A stretch of DNA of 64,000 bases from a bacterium (GCA_021787535.1 JAJYLR010000001.1:301501-365500); one strand, 5' to 3'. Counted from the first letter of the stretch, positions 29,246 to 38,399 are shown. Notes: generated from the letters alone by a model not told the origin. Program-made: numbers and translations.

Positions 29246-31534
29246 ATGAGCCAGACAAAAACAAAACCGAAGCTTTCCAGCGCATCGCAAGAAGTCTTAA
29301 AAAGGCGTTATCTTCTGCGTGATGACAATGGCAAAGTCATAGAAAAACCGGAGGAGCTTTTTGAGCGGGTAGCCCGCCATGTGGCAGGAGCGGAAAAAGA
29401 TTATCCCGAAGGGCCCGGTTTTAGAAAAGCGGCAGCCAAGTTTTACGACATGATGGTAAATTTCGATTTTCTGCCAAACTCTCCCACTCTTATGAACTCA
29501 GGGCGTGAGCTTGGACAGCTAAGCGCGTGCTTTGTTTTGCCTATCAAAGACTCTATGGGAGGAATTTTTGAGACAATTAAAAATACGGCTTTAATCCATC
29601 AGAGCGGAGGCGGGACCGGTTTTTCCTTTGCCAATCTTCGTGAGAGCGGGTCAAGAGTGAAGTCAACGAGCGGCGTAGCATCAGGGCCGATTACCTTTAT
29701 GACGGCCTTTAATGCCGCCACAGAAACAGTCAAACAAGGCGGCACCAGACGCGGCGCGAATATGGGAATGCTTCGTGTGGATCACCCTGATATTTTAGAC
29801 TTTATTACCTGCAAGGAAGACGATGGGGCTATGAATAACTTCAATATTTCCGTATCTCTTACAAGAAAGTTTATGAACGCTTTAGAAAAGGACAAAGATT
29901 ATGACCTTCGCTCTCCCTTAGACGGTAAAAAGAAAGGATCGCTCAACTCACGGGAAATCTTTGATCTTATAGTCAAGCAGGCGTGGAAGAACGGCGAGCC
30001 GGGCATAGTATTTATCGATCGCATGAATAGGGATAATCCAACTCCTAAAGCCGGCGAAATAGAAAGCACTAATCCTTGCGGAGAACAGCCGCTCCTTCCT
30101 TATGAATCATGCAATCTTGGTTCCATCAATTTATCTAATTTTGTTGAAGATGGTGAGATCGATTGGGAGCGGCTAAAAGATATTATACGCTCGGCAGTTC
30201 GTTTTCTGGATGACGTCATTGATGTCAATAAATATCCTTTGAAGGAAATTGCCGATACGACCAGGGCAAACCGGAAAATAGGCCTTGGAGTTATGGGGTT
30301 CGCTGATATGTTAGTTCAGCTTGGTATATCATATAACTCAGATGAAGCTGTCGAGGCAGCCGAGCAAGTGATGCAGTTTATCCAGACGGAGGGCAGGGCA
30401 ATGTCGGAGGAACTAGCTAAAGAAAGAGGTGTATTTCCAAATTGGAAAGATAGTATTTATAAAGAAGAGGGCCAAAGGGTCAGGAATGCTACTGTTACCA
30501 CGATCGCTCCGACCGGTTCAATTAGTATGATTGCAGACGCTTCGAGCGGAGTGGAACCGCTTTTTGCTGTCAGTTTTATAAAAAACGTTATGGATAAAGA
30601 CGAACTTGTTATGACTAATCCGATATTCTTGCAGATTGCCAAAAAAGAAGGATTCTACTCGGAAGAGCTGATGAAAAAAATTGCTCAAAAAGGCACTCTT
30701 CATGGCGTTAAAGAAATACCAGAAGAAATTAGGAGAGTATTTGTAGTCGCTCATGATGTATCTCCAATCTGGCACATTAAAATTCAAGCGGCTTTTCAGA
30801 AATACACTGATAATGCCGTCTCTAAAACTGTTAATTTTCCCCACTCTGCAACTCAGAAAGACGTCGCTGAGGTCTATGAGCTGGCTTATAAACTCGGCTG
30901 CAAAGGCGTCACTATTTATCGCGACGGAAGCCGCGAAGAGCAAGTCTTAAATATTGGCAAGGTGAATAAAAAAGGTGAACAAGATGCGGCAAACCCAAAT
31001 AAAAGGATGGTGCGCCAACGGGCTAAAGTAACATACGGCAGAACCATTCAGATTATGACCGGCTGCGGCAAGCTCTTTGTGACTATTAACGAGGATGCAA
31101 GCGGCAGGCCATTTGAACTTTTCTCTGTAATGGGCAAAGCCGGCGGATGCGCCGCCTCCCAAGCTGAAGCCATTTCTCGAATGGCTTCAATATCTCTTCG
31201 GAGCGGCATAGATCCCAAGATAATCATAAAACATCTCAGAAATATCACTTGTCATAGGCCCTTTGGCTTTGGTCCTGAGAGAGTGAGTTCATGCTCAGAT
31301 GCTATTGCTCAGGCCCTTGAATCTTTTATTTCTCCCCCGACTCTAGGAATAGTAAAGGATGAGAAAAAGCCGGCCGCTGAAGTGGTAGAAATCGAGATTC
31401 AACCAGAAATACCGTTTGAAGCCACAATAAAAGAAAGCTATATAGGCGGCATATGCCGGGAATGCGGCGGACCGATAGAATACGAAGGCGGTTGTATGGT
31501 TTGCAGAAGCTGCGGTTATTCAGAGTGCGGGTAG
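29246..31534 (+). CDS. nrdJ: adenosylcobalamin-dependent ribonucleotide reductase (class II)
   Basis: Class II RNR active-site region (NPCGEQPL), C-terminal Zn ribbon; 762 aa. Confidence 0.9.
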   Translation: MSQTKTKPKLSSASQEVLKRRYLLRDDNGKVIEKPEELFERVARHVAGAEKDYPEGPGFRKAAAKFYDMMVNFDFLPNSPTLMNSGRELGQLSACFVLPIKDSMGGIFETIKNTALIHQSGGGTGFSFANLRESGSRVKSTSGVASGPITFMTAFNAATETVKQGGTRRGANMGMLRVDHPDILDFITCKEDDGAMNNFNISVSLTRKFMNALEKDKDYDLRSPLDGKKKGSLNSREIFDLIVKQAWKNGEPGIVFIDRMNRDNPTPKAGEIESTNPCGEQPLLPYESCNLGSINLSNFVEDGEIDWERLKDIIRSAVRFLDDVIDVNKYPLKEIADTTRANRKIGLGVMGFADMLVQLGISYNSDEAVEAAEQVMQFIQTEGRAMSEELAKERGVFPNWKDSIYKEEGQRVRNATVTTIAPTGSISMIADASSGVEPLFAVSFIKNVMDKDELVMTNPIFLQIAKKEGFYSEELMKKIAQKGTLHGVKEIPEEIRRVFVVAHDVSPIWHIKIQAAFQKYTDNAVSKTVNFPHSATQKDVAEVYELAYKLGCKGVTIYRDGSREEQVLNIGKVNKKGEQDAANPNKRMVRQRAKVTYGRTIQIMTGCGKLFVTINEDASGRPFELFSVMGKAGGCAASQAEAISRMASISLRSGIDPKIIIKHLRNITCHRPFGFGPERVSSCSDAIAQALESFISPPTLGIVKDEKKPAAEVVEIEIQPEIPFEATIKESYIGGICRECGGPIEYEGGCMVCRSCGYSECG

Positions 31535-31617
31535 GGGGAAATGTTGAAATTGTAAAAGATGTTGGAGATGCTGAGAATGAAAAAACAGGCAATTTCCTCA
31601 AGTGAAGCGATCCAACA

Positions 31618-32133
31618 ATGAGAACGGATTATAGGATGATTCAAATTTATACAGGAGATGGCAAAGGGAAAACTACCGCCGCGGTTGGTTTGGCGGTCAG
31701 AGCGTCGGCTCACTGCAAAGTTTTATTCGCGCAATTCATAAAAAATGGCGATTCGAGCGAGGTAGAGATATTAAAGACCATACCCAATATTGACTATAGA
31801 GCTTTCGGACAAGGCAATTGGATATTAAAGGATGAGGAAAAAACAAAGGAAAGGAAAAATGTCAGCCGCGGATTTGAGTATCTAAGGGCAAATTGTAAAA
31901 AATATAAAGTGATTATCATGGATGAAGCGGTTACCGCGGTAAGTCTGGGAATTATTAATGACAATAAACTGATAAACTTAGCCAAAGAAATCGGAAAAGA
32001 CAGAGAAGTTATTATGACAGGCAGAGGAGCAACGGAAAGTATGATTGAAAAAGCGGATTTGGTGACTGAAATGAAAAAGGTAAAACATTATTATGATAAA
32101 GGCGCGAACGCCAGAAAGGGAATAGAATTATGA
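31618..32133 (+). CDS. cob(I)alamin adenosyltransferase (CobO/BtuR family)
   Basis: IYTGDGKGKTTAAVG P-loop typical of CobA/CobO; 171 aa. Confidence 0.8.
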   Translation: MRTDYRMIQIYTGDGKGKTTAAVGLAVRASAHCKVLFAQFIKNGDSSEVEILKTIPNIDYRAFGQGNWILKDEEKTKERKNVSRGFEYLRANCKKYKVIIMDEAVTAVSLGIINDNKLINLAKEIGKDREVIMTGRGATESMIEKADLVTEMKKVKHYYDKGANARKGIEL

Positions 32134-32771
32134 AAGAAGTTTGGGGGAGGGTGCGAATAGGATGGGTTTATCTTCTGGGGATAGTTTTAATGGTCGGTTT
32201 TAGTTTATTGATTGCTCACTCGAATAGTACCGCCAAAAGCGAGCCGGAAAATCCGCCGGTAAAAGCAGTTCAAAAAGACAAGGATTTGAATGCCAGCCAA
32301 CCAGAACAAAAGACAACAGCGAATCAGAGAGGCAGCAGCAAATCCGCCGCAAAGAGTACCGAAAATATCATCCCGGCAGTCAAAAGTTCCTCGAGGACAG
32401 CTCAGGTTAATAATTCTTCGGCTGGCGCGGTTATGGCGCCCGCACAAAGCGCTCCTACACAGCCGGTACAAACAAACCCTGCCGAAACAGTTGAAATGCA
32501 GATATCCGGTTTAGGCAGCTTCACAGTACCGATCACAGACGGTGAAAACGCATTTGATGCTTTAAAGGAGGCGGCAAACGAAAACGGTTTTAGAATCGAG
32601 TACAAAACTTATTCATGGGGGGTGATGATTACAAAAATCGGAGGTACTGAGATGCAAGGTACTTACTACTGGGCTCTCTACTATAACGGGAATTACTCAG
32701 ATGTAGGTGCCAGCGATCTCACAGTAAAAAATAATGATGTAATAAAATGGAGTTATGAATCATGGATGTAA
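32130..32771 (+). CDS. membrane-anchored DUF4430 (transcobalamin-like) domain protein, putative B12-binding
   Basis: N-terminal TM, Ser/Ala-rich linker, C-terminal pattern ...DALK..A...G...EY....G..I..IGG......YW.LY.NG...DVGAS...VK..DVIKW.Y. Confidence 0.6.
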   Translation: MKEVWGRVRIGWVYLLGIVLMVGFSLLIAHSNSTAKSEPENPPVKAVQKDKDLNASQPEQKTTANQRGSSKSAAKSTENIIPAVKSSSRTAQVNNSSAGAVMAPAQSAPTQPVQTNPAETVEMQISGLGSFTVPITDGENAFDALKEAANENGFRIEYKTYSWGVMITKIGGTEMQGTYYWALYYNGNYSDVGASDLTVKNNDVIKWSYESWM

Positions 32772-33325
32772 AAATACAAAAAATCTTAAAAATAGCGGAT
32801 GAAAATCTGATCGCGATACTGATTGTAGTATTGGCAATCTCAACTCGGCTTTTGCCTCACCCGGATAACTTTACCGCAGTTGGCGCATCAGCTCTTTTTG
32901 CCGGGGTATATCTAAAGAAAAAATACGCTTTGTGGCTCCCCTTAGCTATTATGGTTATATCTGACATGATTATTGGGCTTCACAATCTTATCTTCTTTAC
33001 TTGGGGCAGCTTCATGCTCATGGGAATAATTGGACTTTGGATTAGAAAGAGAAAGAACATACCAAATGTCATCTTTGGAACAGTGACCGGGTCACTCAGT
33101 TTCTTCTTTATCACAAACTTTGCCGTCTGGGCTTTTACTCCTATGTATGCCAAGACTGCGCAGGGATTGGTACAATGCTATCTAATGGGACTGCCTTTCT
33201 TTAGAAATACTATTGCCGGTGATCTTTTCTACGTTGGCGTTATCTTCGGTGCATATGAAGCGGTGAGATATTTGCTGCCCAAATTGAGAACAAATAGGAT
33301 ATTAGCCGAAAATATAAACAAATAA
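32762..33325 (+). CDS. small polytopic membrane protein, putative ECF-type S component (CbrT-like) for cobalamin
   Basis: Six predicted TM helices in 187 aa; genomic coupling to the DUF4430, cobO and nrdJ genes. Confidence 0.4.
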   Translation: MDVKIQKILKIADENLIAILIVVLAISTRLLPHPDNFTAVGASALFAGVYLKKKYALWLPLAIMVISDMIIGLHNLIFFTWGSFMLMGIIGLWIRKRKNIPNVIFGTVTGSLSFFFITNFAVWAFTPMYAKTAQGLVQCYLMGLPFFRNTIAGDLFYVGVIFGAYEAVRYLLPKLRTNRILAENINK

Positions 33326-33437
33326 TTTATTCATTTTCAACCTCTGATTTTATGTCAGAGGTTTGTGTACATGATAAAAAAACTCTGGTCAAATCTTTCT
33401 AGATATGGTATGATATCTCAGGTTAAAAAAGAGGGCA

Positions 33438-34259
33438 ATGGAAGACACACAGAATCAAATTGAAATATTCTTAAAATCAATACCTTGGATTAAGAATTTT
33501 AAAGATAAAGTTTTCGTTCTGAAATATGGCGGAGAGCTTTTAACGTCTGAAAGCAACATTAGGAAGATATCGGCTGATATTGATCTTCTGGCTACCCTTG
33601 GTATTCGATCTGTAGTCGTGCATGGCGGCGGACCTCAACTAGATAAAGCGCTAAAAGAAAAAAATATCAGCTTCGAAAAGAAAGACGGCATGCGGGTTTA
33701 TTCCAAAGAGATTTTGGATGTCTCCCAAAAGGTTTTTGGAGAAGTAGCAAGTGAGCTCAGGAAAAATATTGAGAGAAGGGGCATTAAAACCAAACTTCTG
33801 CCCAATGAGTATGTTAAAACGGAAAGAATTCAAAATCTGGGATACGTAGGCAAAGTGACTTCTATTAACTCCCTTTTCTCCAAAATGATCAATGGCATAG
33901 TTGTGCCTATTATGCCGCTTTTCGGCTGGGACGAGGGAGGCGAGCTGTGTAATGTCAATGCGGATGATATGGCCGTATCTGTGGCTGAGATGCTTGGGGC
34001 CGAGAAACTGATCATCCATACGTCGGTTGACGGAGTTTTAAATAAAGATGACCAAATTATTACTCATTTAAATCTCGAGAAAGCTGAACGTATGATTAAA
34101 AGGGGTTATATTCAGGGCGGGATGATACCGAAAGTTCTGCATTGTCTTCAATCTGAAAAAGTGGGCAAAATCCATATTATTAACGGCAATATCCCTCATG
34201 CGCTTCTATACGAGGTTTTTACCGAGCAAGGTATCGGTACTGAGATAGTCAGAGATTAG
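33438..34259 (+). CDS. argB: amino-acid kinase family, acetylglutamate kinase-like
   Basis: VLKYGG, VHGGGPQ, NVNAD motifs. Confidence 0.75.
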   Translation: MEDTQNQIEIFLKSIPWIKNFKDKVFVLKYGGELLTSESNIRKISADIDLLATLGIRSVVVHGGGPQLDKALKEKNISFEKKDGMRVYSKEILDVSQKVFGEVASELRKNIERRGIKTKLLPNEYVKTERIQNLGYVGKVTSINSLFSKMINGIVVPIMPLFGWDEGGELCNVNADDMAVSVAEMLGAEKLIIHTSVDGVLNKDDQIITHLNLEKAERMIKRGYIQGGMIPKVLHCLQSEKVGKIHIINGNIPHALLYEVFTEQGIGTEIVRD

Positions 34260-34302
34260 TTTTATTAGACTAAATTAAATATCTAAATAGAACAAAAAAT
34301 CT

Positions 34303-34331
34303 TTGACAGAAACCAAAATTTTTATTATAAT
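34303..34331 (+). promoter_or_regulatory. consensus sigma70 promoter (TTGACA-17-TATAAT)
   Basis: TTGACA 34303-34308, 17-nt spacer, TATAAT 34326-34331. Confidence 0.45.
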
Positions 34332-34429
34332 ATTTTAGCACTTAAAAAGCAGTTTGTGCGGCTATAATAGAGTTTTTTTGAATTCTGTTATAGCTGCACA
34401 AGCAAAAAAATCCTCTAATTTGTTCATTT

Positions 34430-35000
34430 TTCTCAAGGATGATCGCGAGAACATTGAACTCACAGAGGAACAATCCACTTCGTCGCCGATATGGGCCGGA
34501 TAGCAGTTGCCTACCTACCTATCCTGGTATCGTTGCAACGTATTCGGAGTTCGGTGAACAATGGAAGATGCAGGCTTCCAAGGAGGTGGTTATCTGGTGC
34601 CTACCAGATAAAGACCTGTAGGAAAGATAAGATGATAGGTTCGGGTGGCTTGTCTTTCTGCCGGCGGAATAAAACGGTGAAGATCATAAGAGGAGAGAGC
34701 AGCCCCGACTGTGGATCTCCGGCTAGGCGCTACTCTAGTCAAGCACTTTTTTAATGGATACATTTCCTTGGATAGGAGGTCAGACGAGAGTTAGTAGATC
34801 CTGATTCGGCTTGACCGATCACTCTTGTCTGCATGTATCTACGACAAAGGAAGATTTTTAACCACAGCTTCGCTCATTTGAGTAAAGTAAGAAGAGTCCT
34901 TAAGCTCCCTTCTGAACCCAAATGAGAACGTAGTGGTACCGTCTGCAGACGGATGAACGTTGCTTTTCCGTTGTCAGGAACGGACAAGTTCAACGCTTTT
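34430..35000 (+). ncRNA. candidate large structured ncRNA (~570 nt), identity unresolved
   Basis: Non-coding, GC markedly above the genome average, many local hairpins (atctggt/accagat, cctac/gtagg, ccgtctgcagacgg); promoter upstream and terminator at the 3' end. Confidence 0.35.
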
Positions 35001-35015
35001 AAAGCTCGGCCAAGC
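34981..35015 (+). terminator. rho-independent terminator
   Basis: aaagctcggc/gccgagcttt plus T-rich tail. Confidence 0.65.
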
Positions 35016-35120
35016 CGAGCTTTTCTCTTTTATTTAAATGATGATTGAGTTTGTAATATTACATATTAATTTCTAGCCCCTTTCATTGTAATCTTTATTT
35101 AATTATAAAAGGAGGTTGAA

Positions 35121-35501
35121 ATGTTAAGCGATAAGAAAGCTGTGGCGGTCTTGCCGGCCACAGATTTAAAAAGAGCGAAGGATTTTTATACCGAAAAACT
35201 TGGGCTTAAAATTTTAAATGAGCCGCCGGGCATGCTTGCAGTTGGCGCAGGTGAAGATACGATGTTTACGGTTTATGAGAGGCCCGAGGGCACAAAAGCG
35301 GATCACACCGTCCTTGATTTTAGCGTTGGCGATATTGAAAAAGAGGTAGCCGATCTCAAAGCCAGGGGTGTGATTTTTGAAGAATATGATATGCCGGAAA
35401 TGGGCATCAAAACTGAAAACGGCATTGCTATCATTGGGGACTGGAAATCGGCTTGGTTTAAAGATTCTGAAGGCAATATTATCGGTTTAGATCAGATGTA
35501 A
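35121..35501 (+). CDS. VOC (glyoxalase/bleomycin-resistance) family protein
   Basis: Beta-alpha-beta-beta-beta module repeats; 126 aa. Confidence 0.8.
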   Translation: MLSDKKAVAVLPATDLKRAKDFYTEKLGLKILNEPPGMLAVGAGEDTMFTVYERPEGTKADHTVLDFSVGDIEKEVADLKARGVIFEEYDMPEMGIKTENGIAIIGDWKSAWFKDSEGNIIGLDQM

Positions 35502-35575
35502 ACATAAACTCATAAATGGGTGGCAAAAGCACTCATGCTATGATATGATGGCTTTAAAGTTTTTAAGGAGGGGTT

Positions 35576-35935
35576 TTGAAGAAAAAGATCAAAATCATTC
35601 TTGCGGGCTTTGGAGCTCTAATCTTGGCTGGAGGCACTCTTTTAGGTTTGTTCAATTACTTCAAAGAACGAGAGGCGCGCCAAGCATTTAATAATTTTTA
35701 TGGAAACGGCCAGGTCAAGGGAGCTTATGTAAGTTTGGGAGGACAAAGTTTAAGCGAACTCATATTTTTCTTTGTTGGCGGATTTATCTTTGCTTTTGCG
35801 TTTATAATTTTAGTCCACCATTATTATAAGAAAAACAAGGCGCCGCAGTCTCATGCGCCTGACGGTGAAATCAAAGATATTGGCATAATAAAAGATGAGC
35901 CGGCGGAAAAGAAGCGGCTGATCCGGCTCGGTTAG
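35576..35935 (+). CDS. hypothetical membrane protein (119 aa)
   Basis: Two TM helices; TTG start. Confidence 0.45.
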   Translation: MKKKIKIILAGFGALILAGGTLLGLFNYFKEREARQAFNNFYGNGQVKGAYVSLGGQSLSELIFFFVGGFIFAFAFIILVHHYYKKNKAPQSHAPDGEIKDIGIIKDEPAEKKRLIRLG

Positions 35936-36007
35936 TATTTTGCAAAGGACGGACCTTTGCAAGGCATTTAGCTGTATTTTTACTAATCTTTGTATTAAAA
36001 TAAGTTT

Positions 36008-36268
36008 ATGAAACTTAGAATATTTATCCGCGGCGATGATGCTGAAATGCGCGCCTCAAAAGATCTCGGGGAAAGATTTCAAAAAGAATATGGCATTCAA
36101 AGTGAGATTTTAGATCTTGATGATCGGGAAGGCAAGGAAGTGGCCGAAGTGTATGATGTCACCGCTGTGCCTTCATTTATAGCCGCTACTGACGACGGGA
36201 TGGTTCTCGGATCATTTCTTGGCAAAATACCGGCTGAGTTCGAGTTGCAAGAGGTTTTGCGATCATGA
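36008..36268 (+). CDS. small thioredoxin-fold-like hypothetical (no CxxC)
   Basis: 86 aa; overlaps the yggT start. Confidence 0.4.
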   Translation: MKLRIFIRGDDAEMRASKDLGERFQKEYGIQSEILDLDDREGKEVAEVYDVTAVPSFIAATDDGMVLGSFLGKIPAEFELQEVLRS

Positions 36269-36522
36269 ACAGCCATGTTTTTATTTTAAATATCTTTGAT
36301 TTTTTTACGACCGCTGTTTTCGTTTTGGTCTTTATCCGAATTATTTTGAGCTGGGCGCCGAATGCTAGAAATGCTTTTACTCAGGTGATCTTTGACCTTA
36401 CTGAGCCGCTACTCAAGCCATTTCGGATAATCAATCCCAAAAACTCTCCGCTAGACTTTTCTCCGATTATCCTTATAATTTTACTTGAAGTGGCAAGAAG
36501 TATTTTAAGCCGGATATTGTAA
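36265..36522 (+). CDS. YggT family membrane protein
   Basis: RIILSW...TEP.L.PFR motif. Confidence 0.8.
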   Translation: MNSHVFILNIFDFFTTAVFVLVFIRIILSWAPNARNAFTQVIFDLTEPLLKPFRIINPKNSPLDFSPIILIILLEVARSILSRIL

Positions 36523-36542
36523 AATTTAAAGAAAGGAAAAAT

Positions 36543-36806
36543 ATGAACACAGAGATGCAAAACAGTGGCATGGCGGAAAATGTTTTTGAGGGTGTAGATA
36601 ATGATGAGCTGGCGCGCAGAATTTGTGATATCGACAAAGCTTTGCAAAACTATTCAGAGGGTGAAGAATCAAATTTAAAAAGAGGCGAAATTAGGGAGTC
36701 TCTTTTTGCAGAACTTGAAAAAAGAATGGGCGGCGATACAGCGGCAGCGACAGGGCTGGTCGAAAAAATGCAGTCAGAAACAGAGGACTTGGAACAAGCC
36801 GCCTGA
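36543..36806 (+). CDS. acidic hypothetical protein (87 aa)
   Basis: 5' UTR, RBS and start duplicated with the next gene. Confidence 0.45.
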   Translation: MNTEMQNSGMAENVFEGVDNDELARRICDIDKALQNYSEGEESNLKRGEIRESLFAELEKRMGGDTAAATGLVEKMQSETEDLEQAA

Positions 36807-36853
36807 CTTATGAAATTCAAAATAAAAGCATAATTTAAAAGAAAGGAAGAACT

Positions 36854-37228
36854 ATGGGATCAGAGATGCCAACGCCTGAACAAAGCGAACAAGAAGAAAA
36901 CAATCAAAGCTGGACACCCGAAAAATTGGACGATGTCAAGCAAAGAGTTGATTATTTAAATGCAGCAAAGGGCGGCGAGAGAGCTTTTTGGTATAATGAA
37001 TTTTCGCCTGCGAAAAAAGCTGAGATCAATCAGCGCTATAAAGAACTTATGGATTTAGTGCCGGGAGAAAGCAAAACTGAAAAAGTTCAGCATCTGAGCG
37101 ACTTGCTCATTAACTTTAGAGAGATTGATGAAGGACACGATGATAATAGTGCGGGTGAAGGACCAAGGTCATGGTTTTACAAAAATGAATCTGATAGTGA
37201 TACCGCAAACCAAGAACAAGCTATGTAA
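36854..37228 (+). CDS. acidic hypothetical protein (124 aa)
   Basis: Duplicated initiation region (tttaaaagaaaggaag..atgg..cagagatgc). Confidence 0.45.
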   Translation: MGSEMPTPEQSEQEENNQSWTPEKLDDVKQRVDYLNAAKGGERAFWYNEFSPAKKAEINQRYKELMDLVPGESKTEKVQHLSDLLINFREIDEGHDDNSAGEGPRSWFYKNESDSDTANQEQAM

Positions 37229-37231
37229 ATC

Positions 37232-37456
37232 ATGAAAATTCAGGTGAAAGTTAAGGCCGGTGCTAAGTGTGACTGCGTTGGTTTTGATAAAGAAAATAAT
37301 ATTTATACGGTTTCGACGAAAGTCCCGCCGGTCGAAGGGCGGGCGAGTGAAGCAGTCCTCAAATTAATCGCCGGGTACTTCAAGGTACCGAAGTCAGATA
37401 TTAAACTCAAAACCGGTCAAAAATCGCAAATTAAAATATTTGAAATAAATGAGTAG
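37232..37456 (+). CDS. DUF167 (YggU) family protein
   Basis: VKVKAGAK...G.ASEA pattern; classic yggT neighbour. Confidence 0.75.
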   Translation: MKIQVKVKAGAKCDCVGFDKENNIYTVSTKVPPVEGRASEAVLKLIAGYFKVPKSDIKLKTGQKSQIKIFEINE

Positions 37457-37482
37457 GGTGGCGCGTAGCGCCACCCTTTATG
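37456..37482. terminator. terminator hairpin gggtggcgc-gta-gcgccaccc
   Basis: 9-bp GC stem plus ttta. Confidence 0.6.
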
Positions 37483-37490
37483 ATGTTGCC

Positions 37491-37928
37491 TTACTTGGCT
37501 TTGATTACTCTTTTCCGCTCTTTGACAGTGACGAATCTGGCGGGCTTGATAATTTCGCGATGCTGAGTTTTGACATCTGCGAGGATTTCCTCGAGCAATG
37601 CAAAAAGCTCGTCGGCCTTTAATAAAAGATGCCAGCCATCTTTTGCTTCATCGAAATTACCATCTACCCAAAGAAATGGTCCCCAAGTGCAGTTATAGCA
37701 AAGTTCCTCGCCATTCTCATTAAACCCGTAGATGTCATAATGCGGTTCTCCTGCCCATGTGATTGCTGAAATAAGAGGTGTTGCTTTATCGGCGCATTGC
37801 AACAAATCGCAAATCTCTTGTATAAGGTTGCCTTCAAATCTCTTTTCCGCGCGGAGTTCGCCGTTTTCAATAGTTTGAAATTTTCTGATGTCAAGAAAGC
37901 GGATGTTTACACCAATAAAGCTTATCAT
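37491..37928 (-). CDS. hypothetical protein (~145 aa)
   Basis: Internal ATG preceded by RBS ggaaaggaagg is preferred over the TTG at 37967. Confidence 0.45.
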   Translation of the reverse strand: MISFIGVNIRFLDIRKFQTIENGELRAEKRFEGNLIQEICDLLQCADKATPLISAITWAGEPHYDIYGFNENGEELCYNCTWGPFLWVDGNFDEAKDGWHLLLKADELFALLEEILADVKTQHREIIKPARFVTVKERKRVIKAK

Positions 37929-38129
37929 TATCCTTCCTTTCCAAAAAAGGTTTTTAGGCAAGAACAAGTGTTTTTATTATAGCATAATTAATTCTCAAAT
38001 AAGTAAATTAAGTACTGAAAGATTAAAATATTTGAAATTGACATCTAGAGTTTAGCAGCTATACTTTTCTTAAGGAACTTTTCTAACGAACCTTGACTTT
38101 CTAAGGAGTGGTTATGGAAATTATATCTA

Positions 38130-38399
38130 GTGTTTGTTACCGGGTTTGTGGCATTTTTTATGTCTTTATCATCATCCGCTTTATTTTTGTATGCAACATT
38201 TGTTTGGGACCATAATAAGAAGATTGTGTTTCCGCTATGGACCATAATCGGTTTATGTGGTCTTGTTTCTGTATTTCTTTCAACAACAATGTTCGGATTC
38301 TTAGCTATAACTTTTAACATCCTTGTGATCGCTTCTGTCGTTCTAAACTGGAAATATACTCTCAAAATATCTCCGGGTAACGGTTACGGCAGATACTGA
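38130..38399 (+). CDS. small membrane protein (89 aa), start uncertain
   Basis: Three hydrophobic segments; see the overlapping 33-codon uORF at 38114. Confidence 0.35.
   Translation: MFVTGFVAFFMSLSSSALFLYATFVWDHNKKIVFPLWTIIGLCGLVSVFLSTTMFGFLAITFNILVIASVVLNWKYTLKISPGNGYGRY

Noticed and set aside
30181-30200. Perfect palindrome atgacgtcat inside nrdJ
   Set aside because: It has a single occurrence, encodes conserved LDDVID residues, and lacks the ATTC...GAAT hairpin context of the repeat family. It is judged coincidental.
34439-34754. ORFs 34439-34621 and 34491-34754 (+)
   Set aside because: They have no RBS and lie inside the GC-rich structured non-coding region that has its own promoter and terminator. 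The ncRNA hypothesis is preferred.
34430-35000. RNase P RNA or tmRNA identity for the large non-coding region
   Set aside because: I searched for the P4/CR-I (GGAAAGTCCGG), CR-V (GGTAAGAGCG) and tmRNA tRNA-like end (GGTTCGA.TCC...CCA) motifs and for an ..LAA* tag frame. None were found on either strand, although a weak AGAGTCC...GCTCC resemblance was noted.
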